IMG/VR virus record: IMGVR_UViG_3300025009_000122
Span: 1 to 57,942 of that record
DNA: 57,942 nucleotides
Source: a virus
Lineage: Duplodnaviria > Caudoviricetes
Direction: 5' to 3' (one strand)
Shown: piece after piece, positions 48,801 through 57,942 of the stretch
Layout of the letters: each line of letters starts with the position of its first letter
How positions within the stretch are numbered: position 1 is the stretch's first letter
Translations under genes and position numbers: made by a program
The notes under the pieces: generated by a model
What the model saw: only the letters and a program-made list of their open reading frames with translations
Database searches by the model: none
What the model was told of the DNA's origin: nothing

Positions 48801-51800
48801 GACAAGGAGAAAGACGGCCCTATCGCCGGCCGGTATCTCGACGGGAATATCACGCTCTCGCGATACGGCGATAAATTCACGCTCAAAGCTCATGAGCCGG
48901 AACATATGTTCGAGGACATGGGTATCATCCGCCCCCTCGAAATCCGAGCGATGAACGCCACCCTTCGAGGCCAAGGGCTCACCCCATCAAAGGAGTCTCG
49001 GGCCAAGTGGGTGGAAGATAACCTCTACCGGCGAGACAAGGTGCGGAATTCCATCCTCCGCGGGATGCTCCAGAGGATCGCGGACTTCGTTGATTCTCTC
49101 GCGAATCTTTTCAAGGCGACTTCCCGCTCTGTCTTGAGGGGAATGGAGTCGGGCAAAATCTTTAACCGGGCTCCGGGGGCCAGTCAATTCGCCAAAGAAG
49201 AAAGCCTCTCTTTCAAGGACGCGCCAGTCTCAGGCCGGGTAGCCCTTACTAAAGAGAGCCGCCCCTTTAAGAAAGCCCTCACATGGGACGAGCCTCTTGC
49301 ATCCGAGGCATACGACCGGCTTATTGCCCAGGCACGGAAAGAATTCAAGCCCGAGGCCGACCTTAAAGGGATCGCCTCAGCTCAAAGCATCGATCGATTC
49401 GAGCGGATCTTAAACGTCCTCAAGAAATCCGACGGAGACGGAGAAGGTGTCTACGATTTTTTAGTGGAATTCATGGCGCCCGGGTGGAACGGCCATGACG
49501 CGGCCGGCGCTTCCCGTTTTCTGATGAGAGCTGGCTTCGACGGGGTGAAGTTCGGAAAAGGGATCGAGGCGAAGTACGAAGCGTTTGACGCGAAAAGAGA
49601 GCAGTATTCCCTTGCCTCAGACAGATTGACCCGTGGCACGCTTGATGAAGACGAGCAGCTTTACGACGATTATTTCGGGGAGGTAGCGGAAAGGGGTGAA
49701 ACCCCAGGCGGTTCTTTCAGCGAAGAAAACCGGAAAATAAAGGAAGAGGATAAAACGCTCTGGGACCGGGCCGGGAAAATGCTAAGGAGGCAGTTTCGGC
49801 CGGGTGGCCTCCTCCCGCGTTCTGTCTTTGAAGAAAAGGTCACCCGGGATGAAGAGTTCAACGTGGTCGAATTCGACACGAGACACCTTATCGGGAGCCT
49901 CGAAAGTCACATCAAAAAGGAATATAAGGCCCCCTTCGAAAAACTCCCCAAGGCCACACAGAAGAAGCTCGCCGAAGCCTTAACCGGCGCCATAGCTGTC
50001 GATATCAAACCGGCGACGAAAGCGACCATCGTTTCGATGAGGCGGTATGTCGATGGCATGTCCCAAGAATACGCCGGCATTCTCTTTAACCAGGCAAGAG
50101 ACCTTCTTTCTCAAGGAAGGACCGAGGCGGCGGTCGCGAAGGTCGATCTTTTAAACACCATCATCGAGAACATGGGGGAATACGTCCACAGGTCATACAG
50201 AGCCTTCGATGATAAGAATTGGTTTAAAAAAGTCCCGAACGAAGTCTTGAGCCGGGCGCGGCGATACCTTGAGAGCCGGTATATCGAAAGCGGCGAAACC
50301 CCGGAAGAGGCGCAAAGGAAATCCGCTCTCACCGCCGAAAAGATTCTAAAGACCGGGACCGCCTACGACAGTCTCGAAGGTTTCATCAAGGAATCGAAGC
50401 TCGGCGCAAAAGACCTCAGCGTTTTAAAGCGAAGGAAAAAGATCGCCCCCGAGATCAGGGAGCTCTTGGGAGAATACGAGGACCCGAGGATCAACTTTGC
50501 GAAGACCGCAACCAAGATGGGGCGACTCATCTGGAACCAGAGGTTTTTAGACACGGTGCGCGGTAAGGGAATGGGGGTGTTTCTCTTTGAAGGCGAAAAT
50601 AGACCCCTCGGGGCGACAAAGCAGATCGCCGCCGAAGGCTCCGAAGTCTACGCCCCCTTAAACGGACTCTGGACTTTCCCCGAGATCGAGCAGTCTTTTA
50701 AGGATGCCCTTGGGAAAGAGCAGATGGCGAATTGGTATCGCTCGATCGTCCAGTTAAACGGAGCGGTGAAATTCGGGAAAACGATTCTCGCCCCGACGAC
50801 CGCGGCGCGCAACTGGCAATCGGCTTTCTTCTTTGCCCTCGCGAACGGTCACTTCGATCTTTCGCAGATGAAAAAATCTCTTTCGGGATTAAGGGAATAT
50901 TTCACCCAAAAGGGAGACCAGGCGCAGCTCGATTATTTAAGAAAGCTCTTAAAGCTCGGGGTCGTCTACGATTCTCCGTATGCGGGCGAAATGATGCGGC
51001 TCTTAAACGATGCAGCGAACGAGGACGTTCTTTTATCCCCCGATAAGTTAAAGCTCAAAAACGCCCTCAAATACGCGCAGAAATTCTATCAGTTCGGGGA
51101 TGACTTCTGGAAGATCATCGGCTTTGAGAACGAGAAAAATTCCTTTGTCAAAAGCGGCATGACCCTACCCGAAGCAGAAAAGGAAGCCGCCGAAAGAATC
51201 CGGAACACCTACCCCACTTACAGCATGGTCGGAAGATTCGTCCAAAGCTTGAGACGCTTCCCGCTCGCCGGAACCTTCGTATCGTTCCCATCTGAGATCA
51301 TAAGAACCTCTGCGAACATGATGCACTACGCCGCGAAGGATTTTAAGGAGGGGAGAAAGGGGCTCGCTTTAAAACGCGCGGCCGGCATGGTGATCGCGGC
51401 GGGTTGGACGGCGGGGCTTCAGGCGCTTTCAATGGCGGCCTTCGGTGTGGACGAAGAGGACGAGGCCGTTCGAAAGCTCTCGGCCCCCTGGAACCAGAAC
51501 TCGAACCTTCTTTACACCGGTAGAGACGAAAAGGGTCAGCTCCAATATATCGATCTATCTTATCTTGACCCCTATAACTACTGGAAGCGGCCGATCACGG
51601 CGATTTTAAGAGATCAGCCGTGGGAAAGAAAATTAACCGATTCTCTCTATGAAACGCTCGAGCCCTTCCTCGGGACCGACATCACGGCCGGGGCCGTCTT
51701 TGAAATCGTCGCGAATAAAAAAAGAGAAACGGGCTCTCCGATCTGGAGCATAAACGATACCCCGCAAAAACAATTAAAGGACATCGCGGATCACTTGAGA

Positions 51801-52352
51801 AAGGCCCTTCAGCCTGGAATCGCCTCGAACGTCGAGAGGACCTTAAAGGCGATCCGGGGGGAATACTCTCCATCAGGGAAAAAGTACGACATCGAGGATG
51901 AGGCTCTTGCGTGGGTCGGCTACCGGGTGACGACGCTCGACCCCAAGGTATCGGTTTATTTTAAGAGCTTTGAATTTAACGACAATAAGAGCGACGCCTT
52001 AAAGAACGTGAAGAGTGCCCTGAGAGACCCGAACCCGGTCGGCGATAAGGAATTAAAGGCGGCCTACCAATCTTCGACAAGAAAGCTCAACAGCGCCTAC
52101 CGCGAAATGTCCCAGGTCGTACAGGCTGCGAAAAAAAGCGGCCTCAACAACGCCGAGATTTATAGGGTTTTACAGGCAAGCGGGATATCGGTCCAGGACT
52201 CGGCCATGCTGATAAACAACACGAAGCCGACCTGGGCGCCATCGAAAGAGCAGATCATGGACGATATCAAGAAGGCTTCGATTTTAAGAGACGAGGGGAG
52301 CCGCGTTCGAGAAAGATACCTGAAGCTCGTTAAGATAATCACCGAAAAATAG
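42876..52352 (+). CDS. giant polyvalent internal virion/ejection protein (2H phosphoesterase, DUF3560-like, ART-like, HExxH modules)
   Basis: 3158-aa ORF; PHVT/PHAT, ISSDDADA..NNAANIRR..KWAPS, YH..GWGAYLA, HEPEH. Confidence 0.85.
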   Translation: MPTATNPITGQRLVLSGGKWLAYNEDEFKNWYAGTSQRMGLSHDPDDPEHHYDYRAAFVSGAMPGEDNHWPSEFKGPKHPNRYVDGIDTITGQPAKTATNPETGEKLVLHEGLNQWMPINKAAPKPEEAPEPGVFGSAGRGFAAGVLGIPESVGTGIQYLGERLKGQAIPPETDPKKSYASMSDNLRGKVLMRMDELRKQNVDKTEAFNQAVSETISADSASRQKIGGTVSEFGKTASDYYAKKGERFEPPASIKGKNVWDNPGLLKSPTWWAYNTSQMLPSLMATYIPGLGTASVLTKLNVTANAAKIGAALVGGMAGGALEGSSTYKDVLKNGGTEEEAARAAELMALASAGLNALSTRKLLDKAGQGFLGKLKKAGINFVTEGSTEGAEEPADVASRLAAKLITGQSLPENIGGLFVESLKEAATVFPIAGVTGAGASVMGRSEKAQKAPEAADKTQWIDTRDQRYLDQMRADLRSGKLSLEEAIARRSREPAHLGVDIDKILTEEANVSEENLFPGQTPEEQKEIEADIKRQREKKAAPDKAMEAAKKRQSEIDRISREEIESEEVERQDALKGYGLSRSGDVPGQGVDIGQQNRELLRRGIMPEQEKGAVKGLEPVPSKAIRLPMEGRLIGVVERPSPPKALPPGESRPVAALPWQDFEVVGDRPRGMELVPSKAIRMPAPLPEITIDGKEYRKTGEAKVSGETVGRWETKGKEGWTAIKNVERLKKLDEEKAVQWEAEGEVKPKVHDYSSTQINLPELEAESIRRFAAKIPEKEIYTAPDDNYGREAEPHVTVRYGMETLDPGEIAPAFEGMGPIKAKMGKVSIFESDKYDVVKVDIESDDLRSANKRVGETVDLPGETFKDYKPHATIAYVKKGEGKKYVGNAAFEGKEITIDEIVLSAKDGKMHKIKLSPKPEAEPEAKSEIIKVRDVYGQSRYVNKADLDSGKDRLSVYNPDGSKKDGRMLLRDNIDIDGSKQKARNAEAGTPDLVFREDEKGNYSFGSRAAAQRELNRRGLEETHEVVNAKDEGFQAGFIGKRKGEKPEAKKEAPKEEAKAPAEVEETGEIIAIETMRDGNKYEYRVGRIPPEERRASPQLTHRIEMRTVGGSGKWETAGHGSQLNEARAIERFAERIAEAEATRDFEFKNQTLKEKAEAERARIEEKEKAEEKIASDLAEKREKEQAELYANEEQIKATMEGISFKRKMISIAQKNAEGNKKREDVSAFVIGDYGYRKEEKTYTITHIPSGMAAVSDLELKEARELTYRLSLSSGKWDGKGKLSEEFKEAGARVLRQFRERKPIQEAPPKKEEKAPEKAESPDGAETLIPFSPSDLSLQAAQAAHRGTSWTPDERGKQEQQGYFDAIKSVHDDIAKDITPEQRERAAEELTRFKESYLRKYMEVLSSRSRVMSTMIAGGSNFPSRSNQKKGDTADKKMKEFFEWRDRAVKAIRKNLGLDGGSAISSDDADAVEKIDDKIQKLEERQELMKKVNAAYRNFLKKPESLETADIPDQYKNVIRKFEPDPLVEKPFPSFELTNNAANIRRLKERSGQIEKARGDETAEFEANGITVTDSVEDNRVQITFPGKPDAETIKRLKGGAFKWAPSLGVWQRMRSPAALQIAKDIAGVESSPLYSTLSPDVRRGVDSKTGQGIPTPKTPESPRSGAAIPKSFLEHGDINKDGDLTIYHASREAWEGPFDFGKVGQRGATQGWGAYLATNVKDAKKFGKNIKKITLSPEDQGKFLDGSASLENQTPYVREALKDITASIKSPKDDDVIQNAAGWVKKNEQMYLGDPVFKQIADLRWKPKALVEYLQTVEPPSRRESITREIVGQVNMTGDQLYSFLVNEKWGNERKASQALRDRGIPGIITGRSDLHTVTGSPTVVLWDEDYLSFNPSPPAKSAGQYSTAPRSFSTLSPIDIREIFAKLGQDSTLNEDGSITVQTKGGWSFSVNQVEEIEPDQIAFQLAYGRQYDKEKDGPIAGRYLDGNITLSRYGDKFTLKAHEPEHMFEDMGIIRPLEIRAMNATLRGQGLTPSKESRAKWVEDNLYRRDKVRNSILRGMLQRIADFVDSLANLFKATSRSVLRGMESGKIFNRAPGASQFAKEESLSFKDAPVSGRVALTKESRPFKKALTWDEPLASEAYDRLIAQARKEFKPEADLKGIASAQSIDRFERILNVLKKSDGDGEGVYDFLVEFMAPGWNGHDAAGASRFLMRAGFDGVKFGKGIEAKYEAFDAKREQYSLASDRLTRGTLDEDEQLYDDYFGEVAERGETPGGSFSEENRKIKEEDKTLWDRAGKMLRRQFRPGGLLPRSVFEEKVTRDEEFNVVEFDTRHLIGSLESHIKKEYKAPFEKLPKATQKKLAEALTGAIAVDIKPATKATIVSMRRYVDGMSQEYAGILFNQARDLLSQGRTEAAVAKVDLLNTIIENMGEYVHRSYRAFDDKNWFKKVPNEVLSRARRYLESRYIESGETPEEAQRKSALTAEKILKTGTAYDSLEGFIKESKLGAKDLSVLKRRKKIAPEIRELLGEYEDPRINFAKTATKMGRLIWNQRFLDTVRGKGMGVFLFEGENRPLGATKQIAAEGSEVYAPLNGLWTFPEIEQSFKDALGKEQMANWYRSIVQLNGAVKFGKTILAPTTAARNWQSAFFFALANGHFDLSQMKKSLSGLREYFTQKGDQAQLDYLRKLLKLGVVYDSPYAGEMMRLLNDAANEDVLLSPDKLKLKNALKYAQKFYQFGDDFWKIIGFENEKNSFVKSGMTLPEAEKEAAERIRNTYPTYSMVGRFVQSLRRFPLAGTFVSFPSEIIRTSANMMHYAAKDFKEGRKGLALKRAAGMVIAAGWTAGLQALSMAAFGVDEEDEAVRKLSAPWNQNSNLLYTGRDEKGQLQYIDLSYLDPYNYWKRPITAILRDQPWERKLTDSLYETLEPFLGTDITAGAVFEIVANKKRETGSPIWSINDTPQKQLKDIADHLRKALQPGIASNVERTLKAIRGEYSPSGKKYDIEDEALAWVGYRVTTLDPKVSVYFKSFEFNDNKSDALKNVKSALRDPNPVGDKELKAAYQSSTRKLNSAYREMSQVVQAAKKSGLNNAEIYRVLQASGISVQDSAMLINNTKPTWAPSKEQIMDDIKKASILRDEGSRVRERYLKLVKIITEK

Positions 52353-52362
52353 GAGACGGAAA

Positions 52363-52800
52363 ATGGCCGGAAGCAGCGTAACCCAGACGAGAGAAACGAA
52401 CCACCGCAAGGTCAAAACCCCACCAACAGAAGTGATTGTTACCCTTGTGTGCCTTTCGGACGACGCAAACGGGCTTGTGCCGGCCAAAGTTGTCGACGGC
52501 CTCGAAGACTTCGTGATCACCGAAGTGTGGCCGGTCCCCCACGCGACGACGCCCTTTACGAGCGCTTTCGAAGTGAGGATCGAGGAGACCGCAACCTCAG
52601 GAAGGATTTTCTTGAGCGGGTCGATCGCGGTCACCAGCAAGGAAGCTCTCGCCGGGAATGTCGGGAGTAACTCCGGCGGATACCCGAGGATGCCCGCGAG
52701 CGCCACCATGAAGATCGTAAACCCGGCCGATCACTCGACGCTGCTCAATGTCGGAAACGCGAAGACGCACACCATTAAAATCCGGTGCGAGCGAAAGTAA
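52363..52800 (+). CDS. beta-rich structural protein
   Basis: AGGAG RBS; before the tailspike. Confidence 0.65.
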   Translation: MAGSSVTQTRETNHRKVKTPPTEVIVTLVCLSDDANGLVPAKVVDGLEDFVITEVWPVPHATTPFTSAFEVRIEETATSGRIFLSGSIAVTSKEALAGNVGSNSGGYPRMPASATMKIVNPADHSTLLNVGNAKTHTIKIRCERK

Positions 52801-52811
52801 AGGAGGGGGTC

Positions 52812-55703
52812 ATGGGAAACAAATTACCGGTTCCTCCGGGGTTGTGGAAATACTTATTGGGAAAACTCACCCCCGTAAAATCGGACGCTCCGGTTGAGAT
52901 CCCGGGGGGAATCGATAACACGGCCATCGGGACCAACACCCCGGCGGCGATTAAAGGCACTACCGGGGACTTTTCGGGGGCCGTAGTCATCGGGGATACG
53001 GAAATCGATCCCGCCACCGGTATTGCGCTTACGACCGGGGAAAACCTTGAAGACAGGCTCACGCGAGAGGCCGGAAAATATAATCTTTTGCATGAGACAG
53101 AATTTCCCGGCTCTTCTCTGCCGATAGGATGGGCTGAGGCGGGCGGGTGGACAGTAAACGAAAGCCTTATTCCTCCCGGTGCCGGAGGTTGGAACAAGCT
53201 CGCCTACTGGAACAGGCAGACCACTCCTGACAAGGCAACGGTGCGTGCCCGGTTTGCCTTGACTGACCTTGATGCAAAATTTTCGCTTGTCCGAAAGCCC
53301 TCCGGAGTTATCGGAGGTACGGTCGGTGAGATTGATTTTTCGACTGCAACAATCTCTTTGTACGGCGATTGGGACGGCACCACAACGCCTCCGGCGGTGG
53401 CTGAAAGCGCGGCATTCGGGTTTACTCCAAGCGCATCGCATCTGTATGAAGTGGCACTTAAAAACGACGCTCGCAGCATCACACTCACCTTGACGGATCT
53501 CACGACCGGGGACACGATTTCTACCACGGACTCTGACGCGGGGGCAGCGTGGGATAATCCCGGCATAATGTATCACGCGGGAGGCGTAGCGTTTTCTCAA
53601 TTTTCTTTTTATGCCGACATGCCAAAAGCGCCGCAGGTGCTGGTTCTGGGGGATAGTCTGGCAGAGGGTTCCACCCTTTTATCGAATGGCGCGTCTCCCT
53701 CTGATAGATGGGCGGATAAAGTGCGCGTGAAATTGGTCGGGGATGTCGCTATTCTTGGCCGGGGCGGGGAGTCAGCCGCTTCGATCCGGAGCAGGCTATC
53801 CACCGATTTAGATAGCTACGAGCCGAGATATGTTGTCATTGCCCTCGGGACAAATGATTCGGTGTATGCGGATTGGCTTGTCGATATATCAAACATCATT
53901 GGGATGGTGGAGGCGAAGGGTGCGATACCGGTGCTTACGACCTTCCCTCCGAGGGCCGACCGGCAAGCGTTTTTAAATTCAGTAAACGCCTATATTCGCG
54001 GAAGTGGTTATCTTTACGTTGATTTTGCCAAGGCTCTCACCGCGAATAATGACGGCACGACCTGGGCAAGTGGTGTTGTTTATAGCGACAATATTCACCC
54101 GAACGTAGCCGGTCATCTTGCCATGTTCGAGCGTTTCGTGCAGGATTTGCCACAAGTGTTTTATAAATCCGGTGTATCTGGGTATTCGAAGCGAGAGATA
54201 GACGCTCTTCAGTCCGTAGCAAATATTTCAAGAAATAAAGTCCAAGCCATTAAGATGACCGGCGCGAGTTCCGGAACAGGTATCGCGGTCGCAGATAACG
54301 CCCTTATAAATCCAGGCACGGGGGCTTTTTCTCTCTATTTTGAGGGTAGTCTCGATGACTGGGCGTTTGTAGGGTTATACGGGGATCTTATTCGGAAATG
54401 GGGCAGCAATCTCGGGTATCTGCTGAGGCTCACCGACAATGATACTGTTCAGCTTTACCTCAATGCGGCTACCTATAACGCGACAGCCAAGTCGGGCTTT
54501 GCGGCGGGGCAGCGCGGAGCTATCGGTGTATCTATAACGCCTCCATCTCTTTCGGTGCCGGGCTCAGTGGCGTTTTTCAGGAACGGAAAAAGGCTTGGTG
54601 TGCCGATTGCCATTCCAGCAGCGGCTCCAGCGAATATTACATCCGCGCTGGATTTATATATTCTCGGGCAAAGCAGCCTCATAATCGCAGGAGAGGCTAT
54701 CCAGGCCGCGTATTTCAACTATGCTTTAACTGCCGATCAACACCTTGATTTATATGAAAACGGCATCGATAATTTCGAGGGTGGACCATATCTGTTTTTG
54801 TATGAAATGGATTGCTCTGTCGATGAAAACGGCTGGCTCGCTACGGCTGGAGTGGTAGCCGGTAATGTCGATGCGATTGGGGGTGTGGATAATTGGCTAA
54901 GACACACCATTAACGACTCGAATACGTTCCATGGGGTGAGGCGCACCACGCCTGTGATTACGGTGGGAGTGGATTACGATGTTGAGTTCGATTATTTTAT
55001 ACCCTCTTCAAACTCGGCTCTGGACGGTATTGGTTTATCGCCGGGGGATGGATGGGCGCCGTTTGATGGAGCGGTGGCGGGTACGCTCGATGCGGTGACA
55101 CATTTTTCTGCCACGGTAACAGCGACGGCTACAACCGGATTCCGACTTACTGCGATGGACGGTGCGGCAATCAGTTTTGCTGATGCCGGTGGGGATGACG
55201 TTTTTTATATCAAAAATTTCAAGGTGAAACAAAGCGGGGTAATGGCCGGAGCGGTGCTGGCTCTACTGCCGAAAAATATACAGCCTGCTCCGGGGCAATG
55301 GCTGGATGCCTCAAAAAATAAGCTCCATGCCATGCAGCCTGCGAGCGGGTCAAGCCTTGTCGAACCTAAGCGCGATTTCGAATTCCGGTGGACAAATACA
55401 TGGACGGCATCAAGCGCCGCCCAATACATCGGCGGGGTGAATCAGGCGGTTATTACGGCCAGGCACTTTATAGAATCGTGGGTAACAAAAGCGTCCGGAG
55501 AGGACATTGAAGACCTTGAAGGGGGCGATGGCGCAGATGCTGATCGTTTCGTGGCGACCTTTACTCCCACAACCATTCCGACGCCCCAAGCGCTCGCCAA
55601 CCGGGTGTCAGACGGGGTAAATCACGAACTCGTCTACACGCCAGCGGCAGAGGCGACGATGAAGGTAGAGACGATTATCAGGGGCTACCTGTTGGAGCCG
55701 TAG
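52812..55703 (+). CDS. tailspike/receptor-binding protein with SGNH esterase and LamG-like domains
   Basis: VLGDSL, GRGG, LGTND, DNIHPN blocks; YFNYALT LamG-type end; AAGGAGGG RBS. Confidence 0.8.
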   Translation: MGNKLPVPPGLWKYLLGKLTPVKSDAPVEIPGGIDNTAIGTNTPAAIKGTTGDFSGAVVIGDTEIDPATGIALTTGENLEDRLTREAGKYNLLHETEFPGSSLPIGWAEAGGWTVNESLIPPGAGGWNKLAYWNRQTTPDKATVRARFALTDLDAKFSLVRKPSGVIGGTVGEIDFSTATISLYGDWDGTTTPPAVAESAAFGFTPSASHLYEVALKNDARSITLTLTDLTTGDTISTTDSDAGAAWDNPGIMYHAGGVAFSQFSFYADMPKAPQVLVLGDSLAEGSTLLSNGASPSDRWADKVRVKLVGDVAILGRGGESAASIRSRLSTDLDSYEPRYVVIALGTNDSVYADWLVDISNIIGMVEAKGAIPVLTTFPPRADRQAFLNSVNAYIRGSGYLYVDFAKALTANNDGTTWASGVVYSDNIHPNVAGHLAMFERFVQDLPQVFYKSGVSGYSKREIDALQSVANISRNKVQAIKMTGASSGTGIAVADNALINPGTGAFSLYFEGSLDDWAFVGLYGDLIRKWGSNLGYLLRLTDNDTVQLYLNAATYNATAKSGFAAGQRGAIGVSITPPSLSVPGSVAFFRNGKRLGVPIAIPAAAPANITSALDLYILGQSSLIIAGEAIQAAYFNYALTADQHLDLYENGIDNFEGGPYLFLYEMDCSVDENGWLATAGVVAGNVDAIGGVDNWLRHTINDSNTFHGVRRTTPVITVGVDYDVEFDYFIPSSNSALDGIGLSPGDGWAPFDGAVAGTLDAVTHFSATVTATATTGFRLTAMDGAAISFADAGGDDVFYIKNFKVKQSGVMAGAVLALLPKNIQPAPGQWLDASKNKLHAMQPASGSSLVEPKRDFEFRWTNTWTASSAAQYIGGVNQAVITARHFIESWVTKASGEDIEDLEGGDGADADRFVATFTPTTIPTPQALANRVSDGVNHELVYTPAAEATMKVETIIRGYLLEP

Positions 55704-55876
55704 GGCGCGTAGTGATGGGATCTACAAATCCCGGGTAGCGTAATCCTCATGTTACTCGACCCTATCGACAAACCCCCTGACCCATGCCCAACCTGCGAAC
55801 GCGAGAACGCACGGGTGGAGTGGGTCAAGGAGGTGGTTCGGAAAATGCGGGAGGACTGGCGGCTGCCGCGTGTTCT

Positions 55877-56158
55877 TTACCGGGATGCGCGGCCCGCTGA
55901 TTGCGTTGCCTCGTTTTTTGCCTGATGCACGCCGGCGCCAAAGGCTTTGCGCAGTTGCGCGAGCGTGTATTTCTTTTCGTCATCGTCCTTGGCGCGTGCT
56001 TTTTCTTTTAATTCTTCCGCGCATCCTATGTACCCCTTTAACGTCTCGATCAGCCATTCGTATTCTGACTCATCGCAATCTTCTTCCATCGCCTCCAGGC
56101 AACAATTTAACCCTTCAAAAGCTCCGCCCCAAACTGACGCGAACTTTTCCACGCTCAT
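55877..56158 (-). CDS. hypothetical acidic protein (moron next to attP)
   Basis: AAAGGAGG RBS. Confidence 0.65.
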   Translation of the reverse strand: MSVEKFASVWGGAFEGLNCCLEAMEEDCDESEYEWLIETLKGYIGCAEELKEKARAKDDDEKKYTLAQLRKAFGAGVHQAKNEATQSAGRASR

Positions 56159-56237
56159 ATGGCGGCCTCCTTTCTGGCCTGAATTTCGGGGATACGTAAC
56201 AAGGCGGGACGGTTAAAATATACACGATTTTTGACGA

Positions 56238-56424
<187 letters not shown>

Positions 56425-57257
56425 TAAATTTTCCCTCTAACCGGGACATGGCATCTTTCATGCTGTCGCCGATGGAATGCAAATAAATCTCGGTCGTTCT
56501 CACTTCCAGATGGCCCAAAATGCCGGAAATTGTTTTGGTCGAAACCTTCTCTTTGTCGGAGAGAAGGCTCGCTACAAAATGACGCAAGGCATGGAACCCG
56601 AACGGAGGATCTATTCCGGCTTTTTTGCAGAGCGAAGGCATGAGCTTGGGGCGATTTTTGAACCTGCGTTTCGTTACCGGATTGTAAAATACGATGGCGT
56701 CCTGTTCGCGGTTGTCCCATAGGCGCTTTAGAATGTCATAAAGATCGGCGTTCATGTACGTGCCGATCGGTGCGTATGCTCCCCCTTTTCGTTTTCTTGT
56801 CCACCTGGTAACTTGGCGCTTCTCGAAATTCACATCCAGCCATCTGAGCCTCAATATTTCATCGATTCTGGCAACGGTGTGAAGGAGGGTCAAGATAAGC
56901 GGCCTGTCGTTTGGGCCTGCGGCGAGTATGAGCTTTAAAACTTCTTCCTCGGAAGGAATGCGCTTTTCGGCCGGCGTGTGCGGCATTTTGTCGATATCCT
57001 CACACGGGTTGATATGGATGAGCTTCAGCCGTTTTTTTGCATACGCGAATAGGGCGGACAGGTCTTTTCTGTGCACATTCAAGTTATGATTGGAATGTCG
57101 GGTGTTCAAATAAGCGCCGACGATCTGAGGCGTGATTTCATCGATCGGGATGTTTCCAGCGTATTCGAGGAAGGACTTGTAAACGTAGGCTTTATATTTG
57201 TAAGTTTTGGTCGCGAATCGTCTTTCGGCTTCATCAAGGTACAGGGACGCGCATTCC

Positions 57258-57620
57258 CTAAAGGCCATGCCGTGTTGGGTCTGTTGTTGCTTTGATGCCC
57301 CCTGCACTTCCTTTCGGCGCGTTTCTCTTCCTGCCCGGGCAGCTCCCTTTGTCGCGAACCCTCCCCCGGCATAGGTCTTCAGAAGGTATTGAAACGAGTA
57401 CCGCCAGTCTCCCCGCTCCTTGTCCTTCCATAACCCCATTAATTGCCTCCCGGCGAAACCGCAACGCTCGGATACCTGCGGGGAAAAACCCGCCCAAGCG
57501 TCGCTGATTGTCGTATACGGCCCGCTCCGAAATGTTTAAAAGCTCCGCAACCTCTTTCACCGTGAGCAGCGGAGAAAGCTTTTCGGGTTCTTCATTATAT
57601 TTTCTTGCCGGGAGTGTCAA
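57258..57620 (-). CDS. xis: excisionase-like HTH protein overlapping the int 5' end
   Basis: LLTVKEVAELLNISERAVY..LRFRREAI; start uncertain. Confidence 0.7.
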   Translation of the reverse strand: MTLPARKYNEEPEKLSPLLTVKEVAELLNISERAVYDNQRRLGGFFPAGIRALRFRREAINGVMEGQGAGRLAVLVSIPSEDLCRGRVRDKGSCPGRKRNAPKGSAGGIKATTDPTRHGL

Positions 57621-57628
57621 GGATTTGC

Positions 57629-57942
57629 CTATTTCATAACAGCGGTCATAACCGGATGGTATTCCACCGGCTTGAGGTCTTTCTTCAAATACAGCGGATG
57701 CCCCGGATGCCCGCCTCCGGTCACCGTGAGGCACGACAGCCGACCGGCGAGCATTTGCTCAACCTGCTCGGCGCGGTTCAGGTGCTCTCCGTGATTTCCC
57801 CATGCAGCCACAATCACCCCGGCCCAATTCGCCGCGCATTTGATGATTCGGTCGTTATCCTGTCCAATCGGCTCAGAGGCGGCTTTCATTTCCTTCGGAT
57901 CCGTCGCCCTAAAGCTGAAGATGTTCGCCATCCAGAGGCTGC
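57629..57942 (-). CDS. DUF1643 family protein, 3' part
   Basis: NIFSFRATDP..VAAWGNHG..G.PGHPLY. Confidence 0.85.
   Translation of the reverse strand, partial: SLWMANIFSFRATDPKEMKAASEPIGQDNDRIIKCAANWAGVIVAAWGNHGEHLNRAEQVEQMLAGRLSCLTVTGGGHPGHPLYLKKDLKPVEYHPVMTAVMK
57817..57942. repeat. 126-bp terminal direct repeat (copy 2)
   Basis: Identical to 3-128. Confidence 0.95.

Overview
The window is a complete, circularly closed temperate phage genome of about 57.8 kb: bases 3-128 recur exactly at 57817-57942 and a DUF1643 gene reads across the junction. It has a lambdoid early region and a P22/podovirus-like virion module. Leftward early operon: split Rad50-like ATPase, UvrD helicase, NinB-like, DUF5131, ASCH, DUF1643, xis, int. 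Immunity region: S24 CI repressor, Cro, matching operators, two membrane or lipoprotein morons and an antisense trypsin-like protease. Rightward early operon: overprinted and interrupted C5-methyltransferase, replication initiator with iterons, CHC2 finger, DnaB-like helicase, SSB. Lysis, terminase, portal, scaffold and N4-gp56-type capsid genes follow, then short-tail genes, ejection proteins including a 3158-aa polyvalent protein, and an SGNH tailspike. An intact attP matches the 3' half of tRNA-Pro(UGG). The best candidates for something new are (i) the giant protein with an Acb1-like 2H phosphodiesterase, ART-like and HExxH modules, (ii) a Rad50 ATPase split into two genes at its zinc hook and coupled to UvrD with no recognisable Mre11/SbcD, (iii) the two-frame methyltransferase locus, and (iv) a D-armless tRNA-like fold at attP. 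All family calls are by-eye motif recognition; no searches or folding programs were run.
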